Assembly: GCA_029265905.1 (NCBI GenBank)
Contig: JAJUGR010000001.1
Coordinates: 112,118-176,117 of the forward strand
Source: Sporomusaceae bacterium
GTDB taxonomy: Bacteria; Bacillota; Negativicutes; Acidaminococcales; JAJUGR01
DNA length: 64,000 nt
Direction of reading: 5' to 3'
A program made the translations under genes and the position numbers. The notes under the pieces are model-generated. The model was not told the origin of the DNA and did no database searches. It saw only the letters and a program-made list of their open reading frames with translations. This document shows, piece after piece, positions 10,062 through 19,041 of the stretch; positions within the stretch are counted from its first letter, which is position 1; every line of letters starts with the position of its first letter.

Positions 10062-11356
10062 GTTGTTCCCCCCTTCTTAGGCTGAGGAACAGTCGTATTG
10101 GGCTGCGCATCCGCCTCGCCGGTCGGCGTGACGACGATACCGGTTTTCAGCTTGGCCAGGTTGCTGGCGGCGACAACGGTGTTTGGCTTGAGGCCGGACA
10201 GGATTTCGATGAATTGGTCGTTGCCCATGCCGGTTTTCACTTCCTGCTCAATGGCTTTTTTGTCGTCACCAATGATATACACGAAAGAACGTCCGCTTTT
10301 GGCCAGTACGGCGCTTTTTGGCACCACGAGCGCGGCGGTGCGCAGGGGAACCAGCACTTGCCCGCGAATGAAGAGGCCGCTTTTGAGTTTGCGGTCGGGA
10401 TCGTCGATGCTCAAGCGCACCTTGTAAGACTGCGAGCCGGTTTCCTTGGCGGTGCTGATGAAAATGATTTTGCCGGTAAAGGACTGGCCGAGGGAGGCGA
10501 TTTCGATGCTCGGCGCCATGCCCAGTGCCAGACCGGCGGCTTCCTGCTCTGAAACAAGGCAGTCAACAAACACCTGGCTGTTGTCGACTAATGACAGAAC
10601 TTTTTGCGCCGCCTGGATGAACGAGCCTTCCTCGACCTGGCGGTACACGATCACGCCGTCGCGCGGCGCCCGCAGGGTTAAATCGGAACGCTGTTTTTCC
10701 AGCGCTTCGACAGCGCTGGCGATTTTGCTGGCTGCGGCCCGTTTGACCTCCAGCGAAGCCGGTTCACCGTTTACTGCCTGTTTGGCCAAGGTGTCGAGCG
10801 TGGCCTTGGCGTTAATCATGTTCTGGTAAGCGGCGTCGAGCGTTTCGCCAGAAACAGCGCCTTGTTCAAACAAGGTTTTATAGCGGGTGTAGTTGGTTTT
10901 GTTGCGGTTGTAGTCAACCTCCGCTTTTTGCAGGCTGGCGATGTAGCTGGCTTGCGTCTCAACCAAAGCGGCCTGGGCTTGCCGCAGTTCGGCGTTGCTT
11001 TGGGCGATAGAAAGCGAAATGTCGCCAGTGTCCTGGACGAGCAAAACTTGCCCGGCGGTGACGCGGTCGCCTAATTTGACCGGCACCGAGACAACCCGTC
11101 CCGCGTATTTGGGCATGATGTCGATTTGGGCGTCAGCCACGGTTTGTCCGACCAAGGTGACTTGCCTGTCAAGCGGCTGGATGCGGGCGGTGAATAATTC
11201 AACGCTGATGACGGGCGGACCACCCTTTTTGGCTGGCTGCTTGCCGCCATTTTTCAGCAAGGTCGTGCCGGCAACCGCCAAAAGCAAGATGATAAGGGCA
11301 ATAAGAAAGGACCGTTGTTTTTGCTGGACTATCCGCTTGAATACCGATTGCAACAT
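10058..11356 (-). CDS. Efflux RND periplasmic adaptor (HlyD/MFP family)
   Basis: N-terminal TM anchor, coiled-coil hairpin and beta-barrel regions. Its stop overlaps the RND gene start. Confidence 0.85.
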   Translation of the reverse strand: MLQSVFKRIVQQKQRSFLIALIILLLAVAGTTLLKNGGKQPAKKGGPPVISVELFTARIQPLDRQVTLVGQTVADAQIDIMPKYAGRVVSVPVKLGDRVTAGQVLLVQDTGDISLSIAQSNAELRQAQAALVETQASYIASLQKAEVDYNRNKTNYTRYKTLFEQGAVSGETLDAAYQNMINAKATLDTLAKQAVNGEPASLEVKRAAASKIASAVEALEKQRSDLTLRAPRDGVIVYRQVEEGSFIQAAQKVLSLVDNSQVFVDCLVSEQEAAGLALGMAPSIEIASLGQSFTGKIIFISTAKETGSQSYKVRLSIDDPDRKLKSGLFIRGQVLVPLRTAALVVPKSAVLAKSGRSFVYIIGDDKKAIEQEVKTGMGNDQFIEILSGLKPNTVVAASNLAKLKTGIVVTPTGEADAQPNTTVPQPKKGGTT

Positions 11357-11435
11357 GGGTTGTTCCTCCGCTTAGTGACTTTTATCTTCGTTCTCATTAT
11401 AACGAACTATCATAGATTTTAGTATAGCGAACGTA

Positions 11436-11454
11436 TGTCACAGATTTGTCACAG
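11436..11454. promoter_or_regulatory. Direct repeat TGTCACAG-N3-TGTCACAG in the divergent RND/two-component promoter region
   Basis: Perfect 8-mers at 11436-11443 and 11447-11454, 11 bp centre to centre. A TATAAT hexamer lies at 11485-11490, downstream toward the response-regulator gene. Confidence 0.35.
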
Positions 11455-11521
11455 CTTCGTTGCCGATAAGGAACTTTTTTGCGATATAATATAGAGGCAA
11501 GCGATTTGTTCGGAGGCGGTT

Positions 11522-12199
11522 ATGAACGCGACAATTTTAGTGGTGGATGATGAATATCGGATGCGCAAACTGGTGGGCGATTTTCTGCGCAAGGCCGGTT
11601 ACGACGTGGTGGAGGCGGAGGACGGGCAAGGGGCGCTGGCGCTGTTGACGCCGGCGATCGACCTTGTCATTTTAGACGTGATGATGCCGGGACTCGATGG
11701 TTGGGAGACCTGCCGCCAAATCCGCGCTCAGGGTGAGACGCCGGTGATTTTGCTGACGGCCAGGAGCGAGGAAGCGGATGAACTGCAGGGGTTTGCCGTT
11801 GGGGCGGACGAATATATCGCCAAGCCGTTTAGCCCACAGGTGCTGGTTGCACGGGTGCGGGCGTTGTTGAAGCGGGTGCGCTGGAGCGCCCGGAACGAAG
11901 TTGGTGTCAGCGAATACGGCCGGCTCAGGATCGCCGCCGGCGCGCATGAAGTGTTCTGGGACGGAAAGCCGCTTGAACTGACTCCGAAGGAGTATGACCT
12001 GCTTTGCTATTTGGCGGAGCACCGGGGGCGGGCGCTAAGCAGAAAGCAATTGCTGGACCAGATCTGGGGCTATGATTATTTTGGTGACGGTCGGACGGTC
12101 GATACGCACATCAACCGTTTGCGGATCAAGCTGGGCGAGGCCAGCGGGTTCGTGCAGACCGTGCGGGGCTGGGGATATTTGTTTGAGGTGGCGAAATGA
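11522..12199 (+). CDS. Response regulator, OmpR/PhoB family
   Basis: REC domain ('ILVVDDE', 'LDVMMPGLDG') plus a winged-helix C-terminus ('VRGWGYLF'). Confidence 0.9.
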   Translation: MNATILVVDDEYRMRKLVGDFLRKAGYDVVEAEDGQGALALLTPAIDLVILDVMMPGLDGWETCRQIRAQGETPVILLTARSEEADELQGFAVGADEYIAKPFSPQVLVARVRALLKRVRWSARNEVGVSEYGRLRIAAGAHEVFWDGKPLELTPKEYDLLCYLAEHRGRALSRKQLLDQIWGYDYFGDGRTVDTHINRLRIKLGEASGFVQTVRGWGYLFEVAK

Positions 12200-13698
12200 A
12201 CGATTCCGTGGCGAAAAAACTGTTCTGGGGCATGGCCTGCCTGATCCTTTTTCATGTGGGCTTGAATTGGTTGCTGAACGCGCAGCTGCTGGAACGCTAT
12301 TACCTGTACGCGAAGGAAACGCAGTTGGTTGAGCAAGGACGCGCCCTGGCGCTGTCTTATGAGCGGGGGCCGGAAGATGTGCAGGTGATGATTGAACAAC
12401 TGGAGGCGGGCGGCATTTCCGTTTTCATCACCGCCGCCGACGGGAGCGAGCGGTACAGCTCCATCAAGCGGCTGACGTCGGGCAGTGGTTTGGCTGACGG
12501 GGGGGGAGTCGAAGCTGGTGCCCCGCAGCGGCGGATAAGCGATTATTTTGTCCGTCGTCGACAGGCGGTCGACAAGGACATCACGCTGGAGTGGCAGCAG
12601 GATCCGGTGGTGAGCAAGACGAACCTGGCGATGGAAATGCGGCTGGACAATGGCGACCGGCTGCGCCTTTGGCGGCGATTGTCTTCGGTGGCGGAAAGCG
12701 CCGCTTTGATCAACCACTTTATGATGCTGACCGGCGGCGTGAGCTTACTGGTCGGCCTGGCCTGGATCATTTTTTTCACGCGCCGCTTTACCGCGCCGAT
12801 TGTCGGGTTGCGCAATGCGGCGCAGGCGATGGCCAGACTGGATTTTTCCCGCAAATGCCGGGTGAAAGAGGGGGACGAGCTTGGCGAATTGGCCGTTAGT
12901 CTGAATGACTTGTCCGAGCGGTTGGCGGAAACGATCCAGGCGCTGTCTGACAAGAACAAGGCGCTGACCAAGGCGGTGGAGCGGGAGCGAGAGCTGGACG
13001 GCCTGCGCAAATCATTCATTGCCAATGTTTCGCATGAATTAAAGACGCCGATTGCCTTGATATTGGGCTACGGAGAGGGGTTGCGGGCGAATGTCGCCGA
13101 GGACGAGGCGAGCCGCCGCTACTACAGCGAGGTTATCATTGATGAGGCGAAAAAAATGGACAAGCTCGTCAAGGAACTGCTGACGCTGGCTAAAATGGAG
13201 TCTTGCAGCCAGCCTTTACGGTTGGCGCCGATCGCGGTTGATCGGTGGCTGCTGCAACTGCAGCCTAAAATGACGGCCTTGGCCAAGGAACGCTCGGTCG
13301 ACTTGTCCGTGGATTCGGCAGCGGCCGAGGTTGTGATCGATGTGGATAAGCTAGAGCAGGCCGTGATGAATTTAGCCAGCAATGCAATTTGCCATGCCGC
13401 CGGGGAAGAGAAGACGGTGCGCATCAGCACGGAAGCAAGAAACGGCTGGGTTCGCCTGTCGGTCTTTAATTCCGGCGCGCCGATTCCGGACAAGATACAA
13501 AATTGTCTTTGGGACAGCTTCTATCGCGCCGATGAAGCGCGGGTCAGGGAGACGGGACGCGTTGGGCTGGGCCTTTCGATTGTTCGGGCGATACAGGAGC
13601 GGCACGGCGCGGCGTATGGAATGGAGAACGTCGAAGGCGGCGTACGTTTTTGGCTTGACTTGCGGGTGCAGGATGGGGGCTTGAGTGAACCGGCTTAA
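12196..13698 (+). CDS. Sensor histidine kinase (TM-HAMP-HisKA-HATPase)
   Basis: H-box 'NVSHELKTP' and an N/G-box C-terminal catalytic domain. Start overlaps the regulator stop. Confidence 0.9.
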   Translation: MNDSVAKKLFWGMACLILFHVGLNWLLNAQLLERYYLYAKETQLVEQGRALALSYERGPEDVQVMIEQLEAGGISVFITAADGSERYSSIKRLTSGSGLADGGGVEAGAPQRRISDYFVRRRQAVDKDITLEWQQDPVVSKTNLAMEMRLDNGDRLRLWRRLSSVAESAALINHFMMLTGGVSLLVGLAWIIFFTRRFTAPIVGLRNAAQAMARLDFSRKCRVKEGDELGELAVSLNDLSERLAETIQALSDKNKALTKAVERERELDGLRKSFIANVSHELKTPIALILGYGEGLRANVAEDEASRRYYSEVIIDEAKKMDKLVKELLTLAKMESCSQPLRLAPIAVDRWLLQLQPKMTALAKERSVDLSVDSAAAEVVIDVDKLEQAVMNLASNAICHAAGEEKTVRISTEARNGWVRLSVFNSGAPIPDKIQNCLWDSFYRADEARVRETGRVGLGLSIVRAIQERHGAAYGMENVEGGVRFWLDLRVQDGGLSEPA

Positions 13699-13731
13699 CG
13701 GACGCAATGAGAAGACAGAGGAGACGCTGTG

Positions 13732-15117
13732 ATGATGCATTTATTGAAAAAAGTGCTGGCGGCGCTGCTTTGCTGCTGCCTTTCGCTGCCGCTTGCCGGA
13801 CAGGCGGCGTCGCTGGCCGATCTGGAGACGGCGCATAACCATTATCTTTTTGCGGCCGTCTGCCGGGCCGCCTACACGGACCACCGCGGCGACCGGCTGG
13901 TTGAGCTGCTGCGCGAGGATGGCTGGCGGGTTGAGACATATTTTCAGGCCGGCGACAAGGCGGAAGCGAAATTTTTTGTCGCCGTGCGCCCGGAAGCAGA
14001 CGGGCAGCCGGTGCGGTATCTCATTGCCGTTGCGGGTACTGAGTCGAAAAAGGATCTCGCCGTGGATTTTACGTATGACAAAACGCCGTTTGCCGGACCG
14101 TTTGGAGCGGACGCCGATGCCGGTGTTCAGGGAAGCGGAGCAGGCGGTGAACCAAGAATGGTGCATAAGGGCTTCTTGCGTTACGTAAATACCGCACTGA
14201 CGGTTCGCGAGCCGGGGCAGCCGGGGTTGCTGGAGGAGCTGCTGGCGCATCCGGAGCGCAAGGTTTACCTGGTTGGCCACAGCCTGGGCGGAGCGGTTGC
14301 GACGCTGGGCGGGGCGGTTTTGCTGGAAATGGGCGTTTTGCCGCAGCAGGTGGAGGTGGTGACCTTTGGCGCGCCGCCGGTTGGCAACCAGGCCTTTGCC
14401 GACAGCTTTGCCGATCGTTTGAAGGTGACGCGGATTGTCACGGCGGGGGATCCGGTAGCCGGCTTTTTGCTTGTCGACCTGGTTGGCGGCTACCGGCAGT
14501 TTGGTGCGGAGCTAAAATGGCCCATGCCGGAGAAGATGGGCAAATCGCCGCATGTTATGGCGCTTTATAGCGACCTGGCGATGAAAAGGTATTACGATGA
14601 GATGCGCAAAGCGCAACAGGCGGGCTTGCTTGCGATAAAAAACGAAAAACGGGTTCCCGGTCAGCCAGTGGCGTACGTGGCGCCGATTATCAACCGGTTG
14701 CCCGACTCCCTGAAGCGGGAGTTTCCCTATGTGCAGGCCCATGCTGCTGAAGTTTACCGCGGCGTGCTGCCCGGCTATGTTCTTGAGACCGAGGGCCGCC
14801 CTTTTGCCAACGTAGAGCAAGCTTTGGCGAGGGCGGCGGCCCTCGGGGCGGACGCCGCAGTCGTCACGGAGGTGCAGGCGGAGAGAATCCGGACGGAGAA
14901 GCAGTTGTATTACGTGACGGTGTCGCAAAGCGTGTATCGCGTCAAAGATGGTGCTTTGATCAGTTACATGGCGATGGGGAGCAACACGCGCGAATTTACG
15001 CCGTTGGATGCGTTTTCCCGCGGCTTGGTGGATGCCGCCGTGCTTAGTGCGGACTGGCTGCCAAAACTCGCTGAGATTGGACAAGGCGGGGAAGAGAGCT
15101 TCCTTGCGGAAAATTAA
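13732..15117 (+). CDS. Secreted lipase family protein (class 3) with uncharacterised C-terminal domain
   Basis: Signal peptide 'LLCCCLSLPLAGQAAS' and nucleophile elbow 'GHSLGG'. GTG 13729, ATG 13732 and ATG 13735 are all possible starts. Confidence 0.7.
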   Translation: MMHLLKKVLAALLCCCLSLPLAGQAASLADLETAHNHYLFAAVCRAAYTDHRGDRLVELLREDGWRVETYFQAGDKAEAKFFVAVRPEADGQPVRYLIAVAGTESKKDLAVDFTYDKTPFAGPFGADADAGVQGSGAGGEPRMVHKGFLRYVNTALTVREPGQPGLLEELLAHPERKVYLVGHSLGGAVATLGGAVLLEMGVLPQQVEVVTFGAPPVGNQAFADSFADRLKVTRIVTAGDPVAGFLLVDLVGGYRQFGAELKWPMPEKMGKSPHVMALYSDLAMKRYYDEMRKAQQAGLLAIKNEKRVPGQPVAYVAPIINRLPDSLKREFPYVQAHAAEVYRGVLPGYVLETEGRPFANVEQALARAAALGADAAVVTEVQAERIRTEKQLYYVTVSQSVYRVKDGALISYMAMGSNTREFTPLDAFSRGLVDAAVLSADWLPKLAEIGQGGEESFLAEN

Positions 15118-15121
15118 AGAC

Positions 15122-15156
15122 AAAAAAGAGCTGGCCAAACGGCCGGCTCTTTTTTG
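15122..15156 (+). terminator. Rho-independent terminator after the lipase gene
   Basis: Stem agagctggcc / ggccggctct (one G-U pair) followed by TTTTTT. Confidence 0.75.
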
Positions 15157-15285
15157 TGACGCTGGGGGCGGTCCCTATGTCACACGCTTGCTTGCGGCCC
15201 TGCATGTGAAAAGGCAAACAAACACGCGTGCAAAAAGCCGCTAAAAGCGCCGGTGATGACAGAAAAGTTTACACTTAAACCGGCA

Positions 15286-15336
15286 TTAAGTTATTAAAAT
15301 AACTTAATTGACAACATATGGCGCTTGCATTATTAT
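15286..15336 (+). promoter_or_regulatory. Sigma-70-type promoter (TTGACA-17-TATTAT) preceded by a 22-bp perfect palindrome
   Basis: TTAAGTTATTAAAATAACTTAA at 15286-15307 abuts TTGACA at 15308-15313. TATTAT lies at 15331-15336, about 45 nt upstream of the hydrogenase operon start. Confidence 0.5.
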
Positions 15337-15382
15337 CATAGCCATAACCTGGATTGACATAATCGAAAAGGGAGGGTGTCAC

Positions 15383-15862
15383 ATGCTCGACAAGGGAAAA
15401 TCAGTGCAGGCCATCATTTCTGAAATCGGCACCAGCAAAACAGCGCTGCTGCCGATCCTGCTGGCCGTCCAGGACGCCAGTCCTGCCCATTATGTCAACG
15501 AGGCGGCGATGAATGAAATCGCCGCCCGCCTCAAGCTTTCGCGCAGCCGCGTCTATTCCACAGCTTCATTTTACAGCGAAATCTCGCTCAAACCGCGCGG
15601 ACGCAACATCGTACAGGTTTGCGTCAATGCTCCCTGCGAGAATGCCGGCAAGGCGGCGATCATCCGGGCGTTGGAAAATGAATTGACGATCACGCTGGGG
15701 GAAACAAGCGCTGACGCGCAATTCACCCTGGAAGGGGTCAATTGCCTGGGCGCGTGCTACCTGTCGCCGGCGATCAAGGTGAATGGCCGCTTGTACGGCA
15801 ACCTGACGGCAGCCGCGGCTGTCGACATCATTCGGCAATGCCGGGAGGGGGAAGCAAATTGA
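15383..15862 (+). CDS. hydC: [FeFe]-hydrogenase NuoE-like [2Fe-2S] subunit (HydC/HndA type)
   Basis: Thioredoxin-like 2Fe-2S pattern 'VCVNAPCENAG...VNCLGACYLSP'. GGGAGGG RBS precedes ATG 15383. The track start at 15308 is an extension. Confidence 0.85.
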   Translation: MLDKGKSVQAIISEIGTSKTALLPILLAVQDASPAHYVNEAAMNEIAARLKLSRSRVYSTASFYSEISLKPRGRNIVQVCVNAPCENAGKAAIIRALENELTITLGETSADAQFTLEGVNCLGACYLSPAIKVNGRLYGNLTAAAAVDIIRQCREGEAN

Positions 15863-17166
15863 ACATTCGGCGCAACGGACAGTCTGACTTGGTGTTTAAT
15901 ATCGAGTGGCAGGGCGGCCAAACCGGCGCTCAAATTGATTTGCCAGACTACCTGGCGCGCGGCGGCTACCAGGCGCTGCGGCGGGCGCTGGCTACGGATC
16001 CGGCCCAGGTTGTGCAGACGGTGAAGGATGCCGGCTTGCGGGGGCGGGGCGGCGCTGCTTTTCCCACCGGGCTAAAGATGGAGCACGTGCGGGATAACCT
16101 GGAATTAGAGCGCTATGTGATCTGCAATGCTGACGAAGGGGAGCCAGGCACGTTTAAGGACCGCTTTGTCATGACGCATCTGCCCTTCCAACTGCTGGAG
16201 GGAATGACGCTGGCCGCCTATGCGGTGGGGGCGAACCGGGGGATCATCTACATCCGGTATGAATATCCGGAGGCGCAGGCTTCGATCCGCCACAGCATTG
16301 CCGCGGCGGTGGAAGCCGGTCTGCTCGGCGACAACATCCTGGGCAGTGAGTTCTCCTTCCACCTGGAGATCTTCTCGGGCGCCGGCAGCTACCTGTGCGG
16401 CGAAGAAACGGCCCTGCTCTCCTCGATTGAAGGGAAAAAAGGGCGGCCGCGTTTGAAGCCGCCCTATCCGACGCAAAGCGGGCTGTGGGGCAAGCCGACC
16501 CTGATCAATAACGTGGAAACGCTGGCCAACCTGCCGGCGATCATCGGCCGGGGCGCTGTCTGGTACCGCTCGCTGGGGACGGCCGACAGCCCGGGCACGA
16601 AGCTCATTTCCCTGTCCGGCGACGTCAACAACCGGGGCTTGTTCGAGGTGCCGTTCGGCGTCAGTTTCCGGGAGATTATTGAAAGCTGCGGCGGTGGGAT
16701 CAAGAATGGGCGCAAGCTCAAGGCCGTCAATATCGGCGGCGCCTCCGGCGTAGTCGTGCCGCCGCACGAGCTTGATTGCCGGCTCGAGTACGGCGCGTGC
16801 GCCAAGCGGGAGATTACGATTGGCTCCGGGGCGGTGTTCGTGCTGGACGACACGCGCTCGATTCTCGACAACGTGAGGAACCGGGCCGCCTTTTTTCTCC
16901 ATGAAAGCTGCGGCAAGTGCACGCCCTGTCGGGAGGGGTTGCGCCAGGTAAACAGGATCATCGGCGCCCTGTGCGGCGGTGCGGGAACAGCGTCTGATTT
17001 GGCCAAGCTGGAACGGTACACGCGCACGATGCAGCAGGCCGCGTTTTGCGGTTTGGGGCAGGCGGCCGGCAACACGCTAATTTCGTCGCTGGCCTACTTC
17101 CGGAGCGAATACGAGGCTGCCTGCCGGGACGTTCAACCGGCGGCGAAAAAGGAGGGGACGGCGTGA
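15859..17166 (+). CDS. hydB: [FeFe]-hydrogenase NuoF-like NAD(P)H/FMN subunit (HydB type, minimal form)
   Basis: FMN motif 'GRGGAAFPTG', NADH motif 'GAGSYLCGEETALL', N3 cluster 'ESCGKCTPCREG...FCGLG'. TTG 15859 follows a GGGAGGGGG RBS. ATG 15838 is an alternative start. Confidence 0.85.
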   Translation: MNIRRNGQSDLVFNIEWQGGQTGAQIDLPDYLARGGYQALRRALATDPAQVVQTVKDAGLRGRGGAAFPTGLKMEHVRDNLELERYVICNADEGEPGTFKDRFVMTHLPFQLLEGMTLAAYAVGANRGIIYIRYEYPEAQASIRHSIAAAVEAGLLGDNILGSEFSFHLEIFSGAGSYLCGEETALLSSIEGKKGRPRLKPPYPTQSGLWGKPTLINNVETLANLPAIIGRGAVWYRSLGTADSPGTKLISLSGDVNNRGLFEVPFGVSFREIIESCGGGIKNGRKLKAVNIGGASGVVVPPHELDCRLEYGACAKREITIGSGAVFVLDDTRSILDNVRNRAAFFLHESCGKCTPCREGLRQVNRIIGALCGGAGTASDLAKLERYTRTMQQAAFCGLGQAAGNTLISSLAYFRSEYEAACRDVQPAAKKEGTA

Positions 17167-18884
17167 TGGAGCAAGTCGCAATGAAAATCAACGGCGCGGC
17201 CGTGTCGGCCCCGCAAGGCAGCACAATATTAGAGGCAGCCAGGCAGTTGGGCGTGAAGATTCCTAGCCTGTGCCACCACCCGGATCAACGGGTCAAGGCC
17301 AATTGCCGCGTCTGCGTCGTGGAAGTGGAAGGGAGCCGCAACCTAATGCCGGCCTGTTCCACCAGGGTGGCGCCAGGTATGGAGATCAGGACGAACACGG
17401 CCCGTGTCCGGGAAACGGTGCAGACCATTTTAGAGCTGATTTTGTCCAACCATCCGCAGGATTGCCCGAACTGCATCCGCAACGGCAATTGCGAGCTGCG
17501 CCAACTGGCGGCTGATTACGGCATGCGGGAGTACAAGGCGGACATCGAACCGGTCGCGCTGCCGATCGACACGTCAACCCTGTCGCTGGTGCGTGATCCA
17601 AACAAGTGCATCAAGTGCGGCAGATGTGCGGAGGTGTGCCATCATGTGCAGGAGACCGGCATTCTCTACAGCCATTTCCGCAGCACGGATATCGGCGTTG
17701 CGCCGGAGTACGGCAAGCAGCTGTCCGAAGTCAACTGCGTTCTGTGCGGCCAGTGCGTCTTAGTCTGTCCGACCGGCGCGCTGCATGAAAAGGACGACAT
17801 TCCCGCCGTGTGGGCGGCTATTGACAATCACGAAAAGCACGTCGTCGTCCAGGTTGCGCCGGCCGTGCGCGTTTCGATTGCCGAGGAATTCGGCCAGGCG
17901 CCGGGAACGATCGCCACGGACAAGCTGGTGTCCGCCTTGCGGTTTGCTGGCTTTGACCGCGTATTCGATACCGATTTTACCGCCGATTTGACCATTCTTG
18001 AGGAAGGGCACGAATTGCTGCGCCGGCTGCAAACCGGCGGGACCCTGCCGATGCTGACCTCCTGCAGTCCGGGCTGGATCAAATTCATGGAGCACAATTA
18101 CCCGGACCTGCTGCCGCACTTGTCGACCTGCAAGTCGCCGCAACAGATGTTCGGCGCCCTGGCGAAAACCTACTACGCGCAGCTTAGCGGCATTGCTCCG
18201 GAAGATATCTTTGTTGTTTCCATCATGCCCTGCACGGCGAAAAAGTTTGAGAGCGCCCGGCCGGAAATGGCGGACAGCGGCTACCGGGATGTCGATGCGG
18301 TGCTGACGACCCGCGAACTAGGGCGGCTGTTGCGGCAGGCGGGAGTGGATTTCAACAAGCTGCCGCCCGGCGAATTCGACGCGCCGCTCGGCGTTTCCAC
18401 CGGGGCTGCGGCGCTGTTCGGCGCCACCGGCGGCGTAATGGAAGCGGCTCTGCGGACGGTCTACGAGGTGGTTGTGCAGGAGGAGTTAACGGAAGTAAAC
18501 TTCACCGAGGTGCGGGGCATGGCGGGCATCAAGGAGGCTACGGTTGATTTGAACGGCCTGCCGGTCAAGGTCGCTGTCGCCCACGGCCTTGCGCATGCGC
18601 GCCGGCTCATGGATGACGTTCGGGCCGGTCAGGCGGATTATGCGTTTGTCGAAGTGATGTGCTGCCCGGGCGGCTGCATCGGCGGCGGCGGACAGCCTTA
18701 CGGCACCGGCACGGCCTCGCGCGAAGCGCGCATTGCCGCCACCTATGCGGTGGACGCGGCGATGCCGTTGCGCAAATCGCACCACAACCCGGCCGTCCAG
18801 CAGCTATACCAGGATTTCCTGGGACAGCCGCTGGGTGAAAAATCGCATCATTTGCTGCATACGGCCTACTGCGACCGCAGTTAG
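17166..18884 (+). CDS. hydA: [FeFe]-hydrogenase catalytic subunit (M3 architecture)
   Basis: N-terminal 2Fe-2S and His/Cys and 2x[4Fe-4S] motifs. H-cluster motifs 'MPCTAKKFE' and 'EVMCCPGGCIGGGGQP' are present. L1 reads 'TSCSPGW'. The ATG overlaps the hydB stop. Confidence 0.93.
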   Translation: MEQVAMKINGAAVSAPQGSTILEAARQLGVKIPSLCHHPDQRVKANCRVCVVEVEGSRNLMPACSTRVAPGMEIRTNTARVRETVQTILELILSNHPQDCPNCIRNGNCELRQLAADYGMREYKADIEPVALPIDTSTLSLVRDPNKCIKCGRCAEVCHHVQETGILYSHFRSTDIGVAPEYGKQLSEVNCVLCGQCVLVCPTGALHEKDDIPAVWAAIDNHEKHVVVQVAPAVRVSIAEEFGQAPGTIATDKLVSALRFAGFDRVFDTDFTADLTILEEGHELLRRLQTGGTLPMLTSCSPGWIKFMEHNYPDLLPHLSTCKSPQQMFGALAKTYYAQLSGIAPEDIFVVSIMPCTAKKFESARPEMADSGYRDVDAVLTTRELGRLLRQAGVDFNKLPPGEFDAPLGVSTGAAALFGATGGVMEAALRTVYEVVVQEELTEVNFTEVRGMAGIKEATVDLNGLPVKVAVAHGLAHARRLMDDVRAGQADYAFVEVMCCPGGCIGGGGQPYGTGTASREARIAATYAVDAAMPLRKSHHNPAVQQLYQDFLGQPLGEKSHHLLHTAYCDRS

Positions 18885-18903
18885 GACGGATTCATGCGCA
18901 AAA

Positions 18904-18951
18904 GGGGCTGATCCAATCATTTTTCCGATTGGATCAGCCCCTCTGTTTTTT
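18904..18951 (+). terminator. Rho-independent terminator after hydA
   Basis: 15-bp stem ggggctgatccaatc / gattggatcagcccc, followed by tctgTTTTTTg. Confidence 0.9.
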
Positions 18952-19041
18952 GTTTGTTCGATTTTTCCGCACATGGATGTCGCCGTCGCCAGCCTGGCCT
19001 TCGGATTGCCGGCCACAGGTGCTCCGGCTTGGCTGCGGCGC

